Below are positions 1 to 9,334 of a stretch of 64,000 nt of DNA, one piece after another. This DNA comes from Candidatus Bilamarchaeaceae archaeon. GTDB taxonomy: Archaea; Micrarchaeota; Micrarchaeia; Anstonellales; Bilamarchaeaceae. How positions within the stretch are numbered: position 1 is the first letter of the stretch; the number at the start of each line of letters is the position of its first letter. Below the pieces are notes generated by a model. That model did not search any database. It was not told where the DNA came from and saw nothing but the letters and a program-made list of their open reading frames with translations. The position numbers and the translations under genes are program-made. The DNA is taken from contig JAVZJR010000004.1 in the NCBI GenBank assembly GCA_038870635.1, positions 32,001 through 96,000 of the forward strand. The letters are read 5' to 3'.

Positions 1-352
1 CTTTTAGTGGTTCTGGTGGCTCTAACGAAAAAAGTTGAATGTCAACTTTAGCAGGATTATCGGAAACATTCCCTGCAAATACTGCAAGACCATTTTGCGG
101 TGTTTGTTTAAATATTTTTAAATGGCCGATTATTCTTTCAAGCGCACCTATTACATTTGTTCTCGTAGTTTTTGACTTAATATTACTAGCTTGACTCATT
201 TCTTGTCTCAGTTTATTTCCCATATCATGTATTGGCGAACCTGCCGGAATATATACTGATATAAGTTCAGTGCCGTTTCCTGAGTATGAAGAAAGTTGCT
301 TTATCCATTTTTTCAACTGATAAGTTTTTTCGCTTTCTGTTTCTTCGCCCAT
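1..352 (-). CDS. prf1: Peptide chain release factor aRF1, N-terminal part (runs off the window)
   Basis: Manual translation MGEETESEKTYQLKKWIKQLSSYSGNGTELISVYIP...ASNIKSKTTR contains the GTELISVYIP and NIKS motifs of eRF1/aRF1; not in the ORF track. Confidence 0.95.
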   Translation of the reverse strand, partial: MGEETESEKTYQLKKWIKQLSSYSGNGTELISVYIPAGSPIHDMGNKLRQEMSQASNIKSKTTRTNVIGALERIIGHLKIFKQTPQNGLAVFAGNVSDNPAKVDIQLFSLEPPEPLK

Positions 353-370
353 GTTTTAAAACCTCAGCAT

Positions 371-922
371 TTAAGAAAGTATTTCTACTCTTCCGTCTTC
401 AAAGTAATATTTCATAACAACTATTTTTAGCTTTCCTTCATCAACTAATTTTTTTACAATTTTGCTTTTTTTCATTATACAGTTTACTACTCCTTTTGCA
501 TTTTCAACAGAAGCGTTTTCTACCTCATTTTGATTAGTATGCTTTTTTATTTCATCTACGATGTCTTTTATATGTCCTTCACAATGTCCACCGCCGCATG
601 CCGCAGTAACCGCACCGCATTTTTCATGCGCTAAGATAATAAGTAGGGGGGTGTGGAGGTGCTCTACACCGTATTCTATAGTACCAAGACATACATTATC
701 CACTACATTACCTGCTGTTCTTATTACAAATATTTCACCTAAGTTTCTGTTAAATATAAATTCTGGGACTACCCTAGAATCACTGCAGGAAACTATTGTC
801 GCAAATGGCTTTTGGCCTTGCTTAGATGCTTCGCGTGCAGCCCCAACATCAAAACAGACTTTTCCATTCCTATAAACTTTGTTTCCTTCTAAAAGCTTGT
901 TTAGAGCTTCGTCAGCGTTCAT
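371..922 (-). CDS. Beta-class carbonic anhydrase
   Basis: CSDSRV, RTAGN and HEKCGAV zinc-binding motifs. Confidence 0.95.
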   Translation of the reverse strand: MNADEALNKLLEGNKVYRNGKVCFDVGAAREASKQGQKPFATIVSCSDSRVVPEFIFNRNLGEIFVIRTAGNVVDNVCLGTIEYGVEHLHTPLLIILAHEKCGAVTAACGGGHCEGHIKDIVDEIKKHTNQNEVENASVENAKGVVNCIMKKSKIVKKLVDEGKLKIVVMKYYFEDGRVEILS

Positions 923-995
923 ACACTCTCCTCTTTTTTGCTTTTGTTAGTTTAATTATAGAGAAGTTTTAAATTTATAACTATGAAAGAAATCT

Positions 996-1895
996 ATGAC
1001 AAACTTTCAGAGCAGTGTAAATAAATCTGAACTAATGGCATCTTATTCAAAACATCCTCCGTACAATTTTAGTTCTTTAGAAAATGAAGTGGAGCGGTCT
1101 TTTGAAAAATTATTAACTTATATAAAAAATAAGAAAATAATAACTAGTTCGTTATCAACTTTTATAAATAAAGCATTGGTTTTCTCAATAATAACAAATG
1201 AAATAAGCAGAGAGAAAAAAAAGGGTGATACTCCACAAAGCGCTGCAATGAGGTCAATAAAGTCTTTCAAGAAATTTTTGGCAACTAATGGAAACATAAT
1301 GCCAATAGGTTCAAGAGATCAATACCTAAGCATCGGTCCCTTTCAATTTAAAAAGGAGATATATGAAAAAATAGCTGCTAAATATGGAGGTGTGATAGAA
1401 CCAAAGTTTGAAAATGCAAAGTTAAGCGACCACATAATTGCTTTCTATCTTCTTGCATCTGATAATCTGAAAATTTTTGAGAGATTATTTTTATCAAAAA
1501 GTAAGAAACTCACCAAAATGCTTGAGAAAGCAGATCAAAAGTCTAAACAAAGATTTATAGTTGTTTTAATTTCTTCCATGCATAACGCAGGATATGATAA
1601 TATCTTGAAAGTTTTAGGAGAGGGTTTAGGGGACGTGCAAAAATATAAAGTGAGTACCTATCCTGACAGAAAACCACATCCGAATGGATATTGGGATATA
1701 GACATTAAAAGTATAAATGATAAGACGCTTGATCTAGTAGTGAGCAAAATGATACATCATTCACGATTACAAAAAGCAGGTAGTATCACCGCCCCTTATA
1801 TGGAGATGCTAGATGCTCTCTACGAGAAGTATACAGAGATATTTAAAGGTCGAAATACTTTTGTAGGTGCATTATTAATTAAAAGAAATAAGTAG
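996..1895 (+). CDS. Hypothetical protein with lysozyme/lytic-transglycosylase-like motifs
   Basis: SIITNEIS, SIGPFQF and SMHNAG occur in the order of SLT motifs (ES / GxxQ / YNAG). Confidence 0.5.
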   Translation: MTNFQSSVNKSELMASYSKHPPYNFSSLENEVERSFEKLLTYIKNKKIITSSLSTFINKALVFSIITNEISREKKKGDTPQSAAMRSIKSFKKFLATNGNIMPIGSRDQYLSIGPFQFKKEIYEKIAAKYGGVIEPKFENAKLSDHIIAFYLLASDNLKIFERLFLSKSKKLTKMLEKADQKSKQRFIVVLISSMHNAGYDNILKVLGEGLGDVQKYKVSTYPDRKPHPNGYWDIDIKSINDKTLDLVVSKMIHHSRLQKAGSITAPYMEMLDALYEKYTEIFKGRNTFVGALLIKRNK

Positions 1896-1907
1896 TGTGT
1901 GGTTTTT

Positions 1908-2288
1908 ATGAAAACTTATGCAAAGGGTAGTCGCGCAGAAAGGGAACTCATAATTTTTTTTTCATCTAATGGTTTCTCAGTAATCCGCGCTGCCGGTAGT
2001 GGTGTTTCTTCCCTTTGCCCAGACCTTCTTGCTTTTCGAAGGGGAATTCATTATGCTTTTGAATCAAAAGCAGTTGAAAGTGACTACCTTAGTATAGATA
2101 AAGAGCAGTTTCTCAATCATAAAAAGTGGGAGGATAATACGGGCATAACAACTTATATCGCTTGGAGAAGAAATCGCGAGGATTGGATTTTTCTTCCACT
2201 TTGTATTTTTGATGAAAATGAAAAATCATTCTCAATATCTTGGGAAAAAGCGAAGATGATTGGTAAGAAAAAAGAAGAATTGGTTTAG
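1908..2288 (+). CDS. hjc: Holliday junction resolvase Hjc
   Basis: KGSRAERE...RAAGSG...PDLLA...ESK PD-(D/E)xK signature; ATG at 1908. Confidence 0.92.
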   Translation: MKTYAKGSRAERELIIFFSSNGFSVIRAAGSGVSSLCPDLLAFRRGIHYAFESKAVESDYLSIDKEQFLNHKKWEDNTGITTYIAWRRNREDWIFLPLCIFDENEKSFSISWEKAKMIGKKKEELV

Positions 2289-3566
2289 GTGATTTTCTTG
2301 ACAGAATTAAAAAGAGCACTTGGTCTTTTAGAAGTGACGCTTGCAGGGGTGGGCATAATTTTAGGTGCTGGGATATATGCTCTTATAGGAAAGGCAGCCG
2401 GCTTGGCAGGAAATGGCATTTGGATGTCCTTTTTAATAGGTGCTATAGTTGCCGCTCTTTCTGGTTTAACATATGCTGAACTTTCTTCGATTTTTCCAAA
2501 GGCAGGAGCAGAATACGAGTATACAAGAAACGCTTTTGGAAAAAGGCTTGCTTTTATAGTTGGATGGTTAATAACTTTTAGTGGTATTGTTTCTGCCACC
2601 ACCGTGGCACTTGGTTTTGCTGGTTATTTCAGTGCAATGTTTGGCACGCCTATTCTTTTAGCAGGCATAGTATTGATTTTATTGCTTGGCGCGGTTATGT
2701 TATATGGTGTAAAAGAATCTGCATGGCTTGCTAACATAGGTACCTTAGTTGAAGCAAGCGGTTTACTCCTAATAATAATTTTTGCCATTCCTTTTTTTGG
2801 AAAAGTGGATTATTTTTCTATTCCATCTCCAGAGGGTGTTTTTTCGGCTGCAGCCTTAATATTTTTTGCTTATATCGGTTTTGGGGAAATAACCAGAATG
2901 GCAGAAGAAACAAAAAATCCAACTAAAGATATCCCTATCGGTCTTTTATTAGCTATAGCAATAACTACAGTGTTGTATATTTTAGTTGGTCTTGCCTCTA
3001 TAAGCGTTGTGCCTGCTGAAAAACTTGCAGTATCGCATTCTCCTCTTGCAGATGTTATTTCAGTGACAATAGGAAAGGAGGCATTTTTTTGGTTTAGTAT
3101 AATCGCACTTTTTGCTACAGGTAATACTGTTCTTCTCGTTATGATGGCAACTTCTCGTTTGATTTATGGTATGGCTTCGACAGGTGCATTCCCAAAATTT
3201 TTAGCAGTAGTTCATTCTACACGCCAAACCCCATGGATGGCGATTATATTTAGTGTTATGTTATCAATTTTGTTCTTCTTTGTTGGTGGAATAGAAAAAG
3301 TGGCTGCTATTTCTAATTTAACCGTCTATATAACTTTTATAGCGATAAATCTCGCCCTTATCAAACTAAGATACAGTGCACCTGATCTTCCACGACCTTT
3401 TAAAGTTCCCTTTAGTATTGGCAAGATGCCTGTTTTGCCTCTTCTCTCTATTGGTTCTTGCTTGTTTATGATTGCTAATGTTGAGGTAGATGCATTGATT
3501 TACGGTTTAGGGCTGACAGTGTTGGGAATTGTTGTTTTGTTACTATTAAAAATAGATGAAAAATAA
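2289..3566 (+). CDS. APC-family amino acid permease
   Basis: GIILGAGIY, YAELSS.FPKAG and FAYIGF motifs; about 12 TM helices. Confidence 0.92.
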   Translation: MIFLTELKRALGLLEVTLAGVGIILGAGIYALIGKAAGLAGNGIWMSFLIGAIVAALSGLTYAELSSIFPKAGAEYEYTRNAFGKRLAFIVGWLITFSGIVSATTVALGFAGYFSAMFGTPILLAGIVLILLLGAVMLYGVKESAWLANIGTLVEASGLLLIIIFAIPFFGKVDYFSIPSPEGVFSAAALIFFAYIGFGEITRMAEETKNPTKDIPIGLLLAIAITTVLYILVGLASISVVPAEKLAVSHSPLADVISVTIGKEAFFWFSIIALFATGNTVLLVMMATSRLIYGMASTGAFPKFLAVVHSTRQTPWMAIIFSVMLSILFFFVGGIEKVAAISNLTVYITFIAINLALIKLRYSAPDLPRPFKVPFSIGKMPVLPLLSIGSCLFMIANVEVDALIYGLGLTVLGIVVLLLLKIDEK

Positions 3567-3570
3567 AAAA

Positions 3571-4167
3571 TTAGTAAGTTTCGCACTTTATCATATAATA
3601 ACTTCTATCGTGGTCGCACGATGGACATTTTTCTGGCGGTGTTGGCCCTTCATGTACATACCCACACTTCATGCAGACCCATTGTACTTTTTCTGATTTT
3701 TTAAAGACAGTTCCGTTTTTCACTTGCTCTATAAGTTTGAGATATCTTTCTTCATGATGTCCCTCTGCTATCGCTATTGCTCTTAATCTTTTTGCAACAT
3801 CTGGAAAACCTTCTTTTTGTGCAATATCTGCAAATTGAGGATACATTTTTGTGCGCTCATAATTTTCACCTGCAATTGCTGCAGCGAGATTCTCTACTGT
3901 TTTTCCTATAACGTGAGGTACTGGTGCATTGGTTACTAAAATATCTTTTTCCATTTTTACTCCTGCTTTTTCTGCCACCATATTAAGCATTTTCATATTC
4001 CACTCTGCATGTTCTAATTCGTTTTCTGCTGTTAAAAGGAATAGTTCGCTTATTTGCTGGTACCCTTCTTTACGGGCAATGCTTGCATACATAGTGTATC
4101 TATTTCTGGCCATGCTTTCTCCTATGAAAGCTGCCGCCAAATTCTCTAATGTTTTATAATCTGACAT
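3571..4167 (-). CDS. rbr: Rubrerythrin
   Basis: GESMARNRY, ENELEHAE and EGHHEERY di-iron ligands plus C-terminal CxxC...CxxC rubredoxin domain. Confidence 0.95.
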   Translation of the reverse strand: MSDYKTLENLAAAFIGESMARNRYTMYASIARKEGYQQISELFLLTAENELEHAEWNMKMLNMVAEKAGVKMEKDILVTNAPVPHVIGKTVENLAAAIAGENYERTKMYPQFADIAQKEGFPDVAKRLRAIAIAEGHHEERYLKLIEQVKNGTVFKKSEKVQWVCMKCGYVHEGPTPPEKCPSCDHDRSYYMIKCETY

Positions 4168-4350
4168 AAAACCACCTCTATAATATTTACTGTTTCTTTT
4201 TAAAATATTTGTATGTTTAGAAGTGATTTAAAGAGTTAAAATACGAATATTTAAAAAAACGATGTTCAATTATATTATGGTTCAGAAAATTGAATACAGC
4301 AGAATTAAAAACAAAAATCCTCTAAATAAATCTTTAAAAAATAATTTTCA

Positions 4351-6009
4351 CTAACCTATTGTTCTAACTAGTTCCGTCTCTTTTTCGCTAAGTTCAATAA
4401 AATACTCATCCCTCAATATAATTAATGCGTTTATTATATCCCGTGTACAATTTGGTCCTTTTTTACCTAACCAACCAATTAAATTTTGTTTTATCTCTTC
4501 TGCTTCTTTTTTTTCTAATCTAACACGGCAGAATATAAGACCACATGCACATCTAGCATAATATTTATCATTTTTATTTATTTTTTCCATTACTTTTTTG
4601 AATATCTTTATCGCTTCTTCTTTATTACCTGAGTCTTTTAGTGCGTATCCTTTTATTAGCAGTGTTTTAATATACGTGTCGTCCCATTCTTTTTTGCTCT
4701 CTCTTTTTCTTTTTATTATCATATCGCTTATATCAATAACAGTTTGGTAATCTTTTTTCTTTCTTAGGGCTTCAAGGAGGCGAGCGACTACTTCATCATT
4801 GCATTTTATATTGTCGTCTTGTGCATCTAAAATGAAATTTATCACTTTATCGTACTCTTTATTATTATAATAAATATTTGTCATTGCAATATAAATATGA
4901 GGATTGTTAAATTCTTTTTTAGCATCTTCAAAAACTTTTTCTGCTTGGTTAATTTCTTTTATTTTACCATAAAAATTTATTAGCGTGATGTACGCTTTTT
5001 CATCTTTTTTTTGCATTGCTAGAATTTCTTCAGCTATTTTCTTTGCTTCTTCTATTTTGTCATTTTTTTCGTAAAGCATAACCATCAATGTGTGGTCAAC
5101 TATGTCAGCTTTGCCATTTTCTTTCATTTCTTTGAATATTTCTTCAGCTTTCTTTATGTTTTTTTGATTATACGCTAATTTTAATAGCCCTTTATGAGTA
5201 CATTCCCCTATACCACTTTTTTTTAATCTTTCAAGAATTTCGATAGCTTCCTCGCACATATTATTTTTTATGTACGCTTCGGCCATTGTTGTGTATATTT
5301 TTTCATCGCCTTTATATGCTGCACCAGCGAAAAAAACTCTTGTTGCGTCCACTATTCGTCCCTCTTTTCCATAAAGTTCTATCAATTTTGTATCTATATT
5401 TTTGTCATTTTTTTTATCCTCTACTGCCATTTCTAGTATTGAAATGGCCTTCTCTCTTCTCCCATTTTTTTCTTCATATTGTGAGAGAATAGTGTATATT
5501 TTTGGGCTAATCAAATTTTTCTTTCGTGCTTCAGAGAATATTTCATAAGCTTTTTCTATTTCGTCATTCTTTATGTATGCTATAATCAGTGTACTATAAA
5601 CAATAGAAATCTCTTTTATTGTGGTAGCGTAATCGAATATTACTCTTGCTGCCGCTGTTTTTCCTCTCATTCCATATATTTTTATAAGATTTACAAGTAA
5701 ATGGATGTTGAGGGGATTTTCTTCTATGCCTTCCCATAATAATTTTTCAGCATCTTCATAGCAATTTTGTTTAATGAGTTCCGTGACGTTTTTTACAATA
5801 CTCTTTGTTTTTTCTTTTTTTTCTATTATTTCATTTTCGCTTTTTATTACTTCCTCTCTTATTTTTTGCGGCAGCGCGTCCTTGTTTGTGTAAATTTTTT
5901 CGATTAGTTCATTTCTTCTTTTAATTACCATTACTCGCGAACTATCGTTAGACAAATTCATTTTTTTAGAATCAGAATTATTCTCACGTAGAATACTATC
6001 GCACCCCAT
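4351..6009 (-). CDS. PPR/TPR-like alpha-solenoid repeat protein
   Basis: About 9 tandem 33-35 aa repeats, e.g. IVYSTLIIAYIKNDEIEKAYEIFSEARKKN. Confidence 0.75.
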   Translation of the reverse strand: MGCDSILRENNSDSKKMNLSNDSSRVMVIKRRNELIEKIYTNKDALPQKIREEVIKSENEIIEKKEKTKSIVKNVTELIKQNCYEDAEKLLWEGIEENPLNIHLLVNLIKIYGMRGKTAAARVIFDYATTIKEISIVYSTLIIAYIKNDEIEKAYEIFSEARKKNLISPKIYTILSQYEEKNGRREKAISILEMAVEDKKNDKNIDTKLIELYGKEGRIVDATRVFFAGAAYKGDEKIYTTMAEAYIKNNMCEEAIEILERLKKSGIGECTHKGLLKLAYNQKNIKKAEEIFKEMKENGKADIVDHTLMVMLYEKNDKIEEAKKIAEEILAMQKKDEKAYITLINFYGKIKEINQAEKVFEDAKKEFNNPHIYIAMTNIYYNNKEYDKVINFILDAQDDNIKCNDEVVARLLEALRKKKDYQTVIDISDMIIKRKRESKKEWDDTYIKTLLIKGYALKDSGNKEEAIKIFKKVMEKINKNDKYYARCACGLIFCRVRLEKKEAEEIKQNLIGWLGKKGPNCTRDIINALIILRDEYFIELSEKETELVRTIG

Positions 6010-6067
6010 ATAATTTTACTTATTACAACTAAAAATGTTTTTAAATGTTTATTTTATATATTCACTC

Positions 6068-6313
6068 ATGAAATTGTACTCTGTTTTATTTTTGGTTTTA
6101 GGTTTGCTTGTTTCTGTAGTAGTGGCGGAAAGTTGCGTTTCGAGTAGTGATTGCCCTGATGGTTCATACTGCTCCTATGGATACTGTGTTCCTTACTCGA
6201 GTAGCGGTTATGGGGATTATTACGACAGCAGTTCAAACACCACTTGCTGCTGTGGTGCTGCTTTAATATTACTTGGCCTCGTTGGAGCAATTTTTTATAA
6301 CGCAAAAAGATAA
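6068..6313 (+). CDS. Small secreted Cys-rich protein with C-terminal membrane anchor
   Basis: Signal peptide, CVSSSDCPDGSYCSYGYC module, then CCC + hydrophobic helix + basic tail. Confidence 0.75.
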   Translation: MKLYSVLFLVLGLLVSVVVAESCVSSSDCPDGSYCSYGYCVPYSSSGYGDYYDSSSNTTCCCGAALILLGLVGAIFYNAKR

Positions 6314-6942
6314 TGATGCAGCTCAAAAAAATTCTTCAAAAACTTAAACGGTCAGCGGTAGCTAAAATTGTAAAGCGGCGCATCCGCTCTTTTAAAAATT
6401 TTAGAAAAAAAAGCGAGAAAGAAATTTTCAAGGAATTGTGCTTCTGCATTCTCACGGCTAATTACAATGCTAAAGGAGCAATCAGAATACAGAAAAAAAT
6501 TGATGATGGTTTTATACTTCTAACACAAAAAAAACTTGCAAGTGCTTTGAGAAAGTTGGGCCATCGTTTTCCAAATACCCGCGCTGCTTATATTTGTGAG
6601 AATAGAAAATATCTCTCTTGTTTGAAATCTATATTTAATTTTAATGATGGTAAAAGCGCACGCGAGTGGCTTGTTAAAAACATTAAGGGGCTGGGTTATA
6701 AAGAAGCAAGTCATTTCTTACGAAACATAGGTTTTGATGATGTTGCCATAATTGATTTTCATATAATTGATGTACTCTCGCGTTATAAAATGATAAAAAA
6801 ACCTACATCTAAATCACTCTCAAAAAAAACCTATTACGACATAGAAAAAAAAGTAGAAGAGCTGGCCAAAGAAACTAATGTTCCTCTTTCTGAGCTTGAC
6901 TTGTACCTGTGGTATTTGGAAACTGATAAAATTTTTAAATAA
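6313..6942 (+). CDS. ogg: 8-oxoguanine DNA glycosylase / AP lyase (Ogg2 type)
   Basis: ELCFCILTAN, HRFPNTRA and KGLGYKEASHFLRNIG...AIIDFHI HhH motifs. Confidence 0.93.
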   Translation: MMQLKKILQKLKRSAVAKIVKRRIRSFKNFRKKSEKEIFKELCFCILTANYNAKGAIRIQKKIDDGFILLTQKKLASALRKLGHRFPNTRAAYICENRKYLSCLKSIFNFNDGKSAREWLVKNIKGLGYKEASHFLRNIGFDDVAIIDFHIIDVLSRYKMIKKPTSKSLSKKTYYDIEKKVEELAKETNVPLSELDLYLWYLETDKIFK

Positions 6943-6944
6943 AA

Positions 6945-7054
6945 AGCTGGGTAAGGGAATCGAACCCCTCTCTACCGCTCTCAGCAAATCATTGGCTTTT
7001 AGCCTCAGAAGAGCGATACTGCAGGCGGCCGCATAACCGATCTGCCAACCCAGC
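6945..7054 (-). tRNA. tRNA-Cys(GCA) with 39-nt intron at 37/38 (intron 6980..7018)
   Basis: Acceptor GCTGGGT/ACCCAGC with U73; anticodon arm GCCGC-CT-GCA-G|intron|A-GCGGT; T arm AGGGG-TTCGATT-CCCTT. Confidence 0.93.
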
Positions 7055-7112
7055 AAAAAGTATATCTAATAATATATTTACAATTAAAAATATTGCTGTT
7101 GCTTTTATTTTT

Positions 7113-8210
7113 ATGGTTAAAACCGGGAGCATCGATCTTCCTCTTCACTTCTGTAAATGCCCCAGATGGCTTTTCAAAAGAATGAAAGAACTTAGCGGGG
7201 AGATAATTTTTGCTATAATTGATGAGTATGGAACAAAAGAACTATTGTTTCGCCTTTCCAATCCATTATTTTTTCAGGCTCTTGGTTGTGTTTTGGGTTT
7301 TGATTGGCACTCGAGTGGTTTAACAACTACTGTAAGCGCTGCACTAAAAGAAGGCAGTGGTAATGAAAGTGGGATTGCTTTTTGTGGTGGAAAAGGAAAA
7401 ACATCTCGCAAAACGCCCGAAGAGATAGAATTTAAGGCAAATGAGTTTGGTTTTTCTGATAAAAAAATTGAAACTCTGATTAAGGCTACACGATTGAGCG
7501 CAAAAGTAGATAATTCGTGCATCCAAGATGGTTACCAACTTTACCATCATCTATTTGTTTTTGATGAAGATGGCAATTGGGCTGTTATTCAACAAGGACT
7601 TAATGAAGATAGTGGGTATGCCAGGAGATATCATTGGTTTAACTCAGATTCTTTTGTTGATTCTCCTAAAGAGAGCATCATCGGAATAAAAAAACATAAT
7701 GTCCTCAATTTAGTTAGTGGCAAATCTAGAGAGGTAAGAAAGACAAGTGTTGACATCGTGAAAGATAATCCAGTCCATTTAAAGAACGAATTAAATTCTC
7801 AACAAACTCTTTTTGGGCATTTTGTTATGCCACAAAGACATGAAATACTTTCTCTTGATATCAATGAGCGCGATTGGAAAATACTCCATGAGATTTATGA
7901 ACTGCAACCAAAAGATTACGAAGAATTGGTTTCTTTGAAAGGAGTTGGGGGCAAGACACTTCGTTCTTTAGCGCTTCTTTCAAAGATAATTTATGGGTGC
8001 GAGGCAGATTGGGAAGACCCTATTAAATATTCTTTTGCGCATGGTGGTAAAGATGGTATTCCTTATCCAGTGGATAAAAAAAATTATGATAGTTCGATAG
8101 AGTTTCTAAGAAATTTAATAGAAGAAAGAAAAATAGGCGGAGAGAGGTATAAAGAAACATTGCGCCGTTTAGCAACTTTTTTTGATTTTTCTTATTTTAT
8201 TATCTTGTGA
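7113..8210 (+). CDS. DUF763 family protein
   Basis: DLPLH, GFDWHSSGLTT, QDGYQLYHH and FAHGGKDGIPYPV motifs. Confidence 0.9.
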   Translation: MVKTGSIDLPLHFCKCPRWLFKRMKELSGEIIFAIIDEYGTKELLFRLSNPLFFQALGCVLGFDWHSSGLTTTVSAALKEGSGNESGIAFCGGKGKTSRKTPEEIEFKANEFGFSDKKIETLIKATRLSAKVDNSCIQDGYQLYHHLFVFDEDGNWAVIQQGLNEDSGYARRYHWFNSDSFVDSPKESIIGIKKHNVLNLVSGKSREVRKTSVDIVKDNPVHLKNELNSQQTLFGHFVMPQRHEILSLDINERDWKILHEIYELQPKDYEELVSLKGVGGKTLRSLALLSKIIYGCEADWEDPIKYSFAHGGKDGIPYPVDKKNYDSSIEFLRNLIEERKIGGERYKETLRRLATFFDFSYFIIL

Positions 8211-9267
8211 TTTCTACTTCTTTATAAACTTCCAATAGCTCTTTTTTGTTTTCAAAGTGTTTTCTGACAGGTTCTATTATTTTATCTATGTGTTCAGCAA
8301 TGCAATTTTTCAGGTCCATAGGATGAATTTTTTTGTTTATATATGCTTCTTCAAGCTCCGCATAAGAATTAAATGTTACATCGCCGCCGAATTTTGATTC
8401 TCGATAAACCGTTACACTTTCAAACTCATGGAAAACAACATATTTGGCCAGTTCAAGAACAGGATTGTCTTCTACTTGAGGGGGGCAGTATGCTTTTTTC
8501 ATTTTCTCTTTTATTTCTTCTTTCGTGTCATGCACAAATATCGCTGTCCATGGTTTGCTTTTACTCATTTTAGCTGCAAGGGTTCTTTCTTCTTTATTTG
8601 TAGGATTGCTTATCTTGGGTGGTTCAGCAAGGCCCGGCAGCAAATGATGATGGATTGCAATTGGTTTCTTCCATCCTAGATGAGGGTATACTTCTCTAGC
8701 TAAAACATGGATTTTTCTTTGGTCCATCCCCCCATGCGCAAGATGCGCTCCTATTGCCACGATGTCTACTGCTTGCATTGGTGGATAAAAATACTGCGCC
8801 AGGTCAAGTTTTTCATTTTCGCTTCTTCCCATTATTGTTAAGCATCGCGAGCAACGCGCAAGCGAAATTTGAAGAGAAAAACGCATAACATTCTTCCAGT
8901 AATCATCATTGTTGTGGTAGAGTTCACTTCCTAAAACTATCTCTGTTTTTGGACAAAAAAATTTGAATGCTTCTTTGTAATATTTAGCCGCTTTTAGTAT
9001 TTTATCCCAATCGCCGCCGAGTTTCTTATTTAGTATGCTGTGCCAGTCAGCAAGAAGAACCTTAGTTTTGAATCCTGCTTCCGAAAGGTCGTTTATTTTG
9101 AATCCACTTAATATAAGAGTGCCGAGATGTAAATGGCCTGAGATTTCAAAACCTTGGTAGTGTACTGGTCTTTCTTCTCTTTGTAGAAGTTCTCTTAAAT
9201 CAGCTATCGTCAATGTTTCTTCTATAGGCGCTCGCGTAACTAATTCTATTCTTTTTTCTATATCCAT
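8200..9267 (-). CDS. tyrS: Tyrosine--tRNA ligase (archaeal type)
   Basis: GFEISGHLHLG, YPPMQAVD, GGMDQRK and KMSKS motifs; likely start 9267. Confidence 0.96.
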   Translation of the reverse strand: MDIEKRIELVTRAPIEETLTIADLRELLQREERPVHYQGFEISGHLHLGTLILSGFKINDLSEAGFKTKVLLADWHSILNKKLGGDWDKILKAAKYYKEAFKFFCPKTEIVLGSELYHNNDDYWKNVMRFSLQISLARCSRCLTIMGRSENEKLDLAQYFYPPMQAVDIVAIGAHLAHGGMDQRKIHVLAREVYPHLGWKKPIAIHHHLLPGLAEPPKISNPTNKEERTLAAKMSKSKPWTAIFVHDTKEEIKEKMKKAYCPPQVEDNPVLELAKYVVFHEFESVTVYRESKFGGDVTFNSYAELEEAYINKKIHPMDLKNCIAEHIDKIIEPVRKHFENKKELLEVYKEVEITR

Positions 9268-9334
9268 GTAATGAGAATTAAAAGAATTGTTTATAAAATG
9301 TTTCATAAAAAAGTTAGAATGTTAAATAAGGTGT

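Noticed and set aside
4277..4354. 25-aa ORF MVQKIEYSRIKNKNPLNKSLKNNFH
   Set aside because: Too short, with no motif; expected by chance in AT-rich DNA
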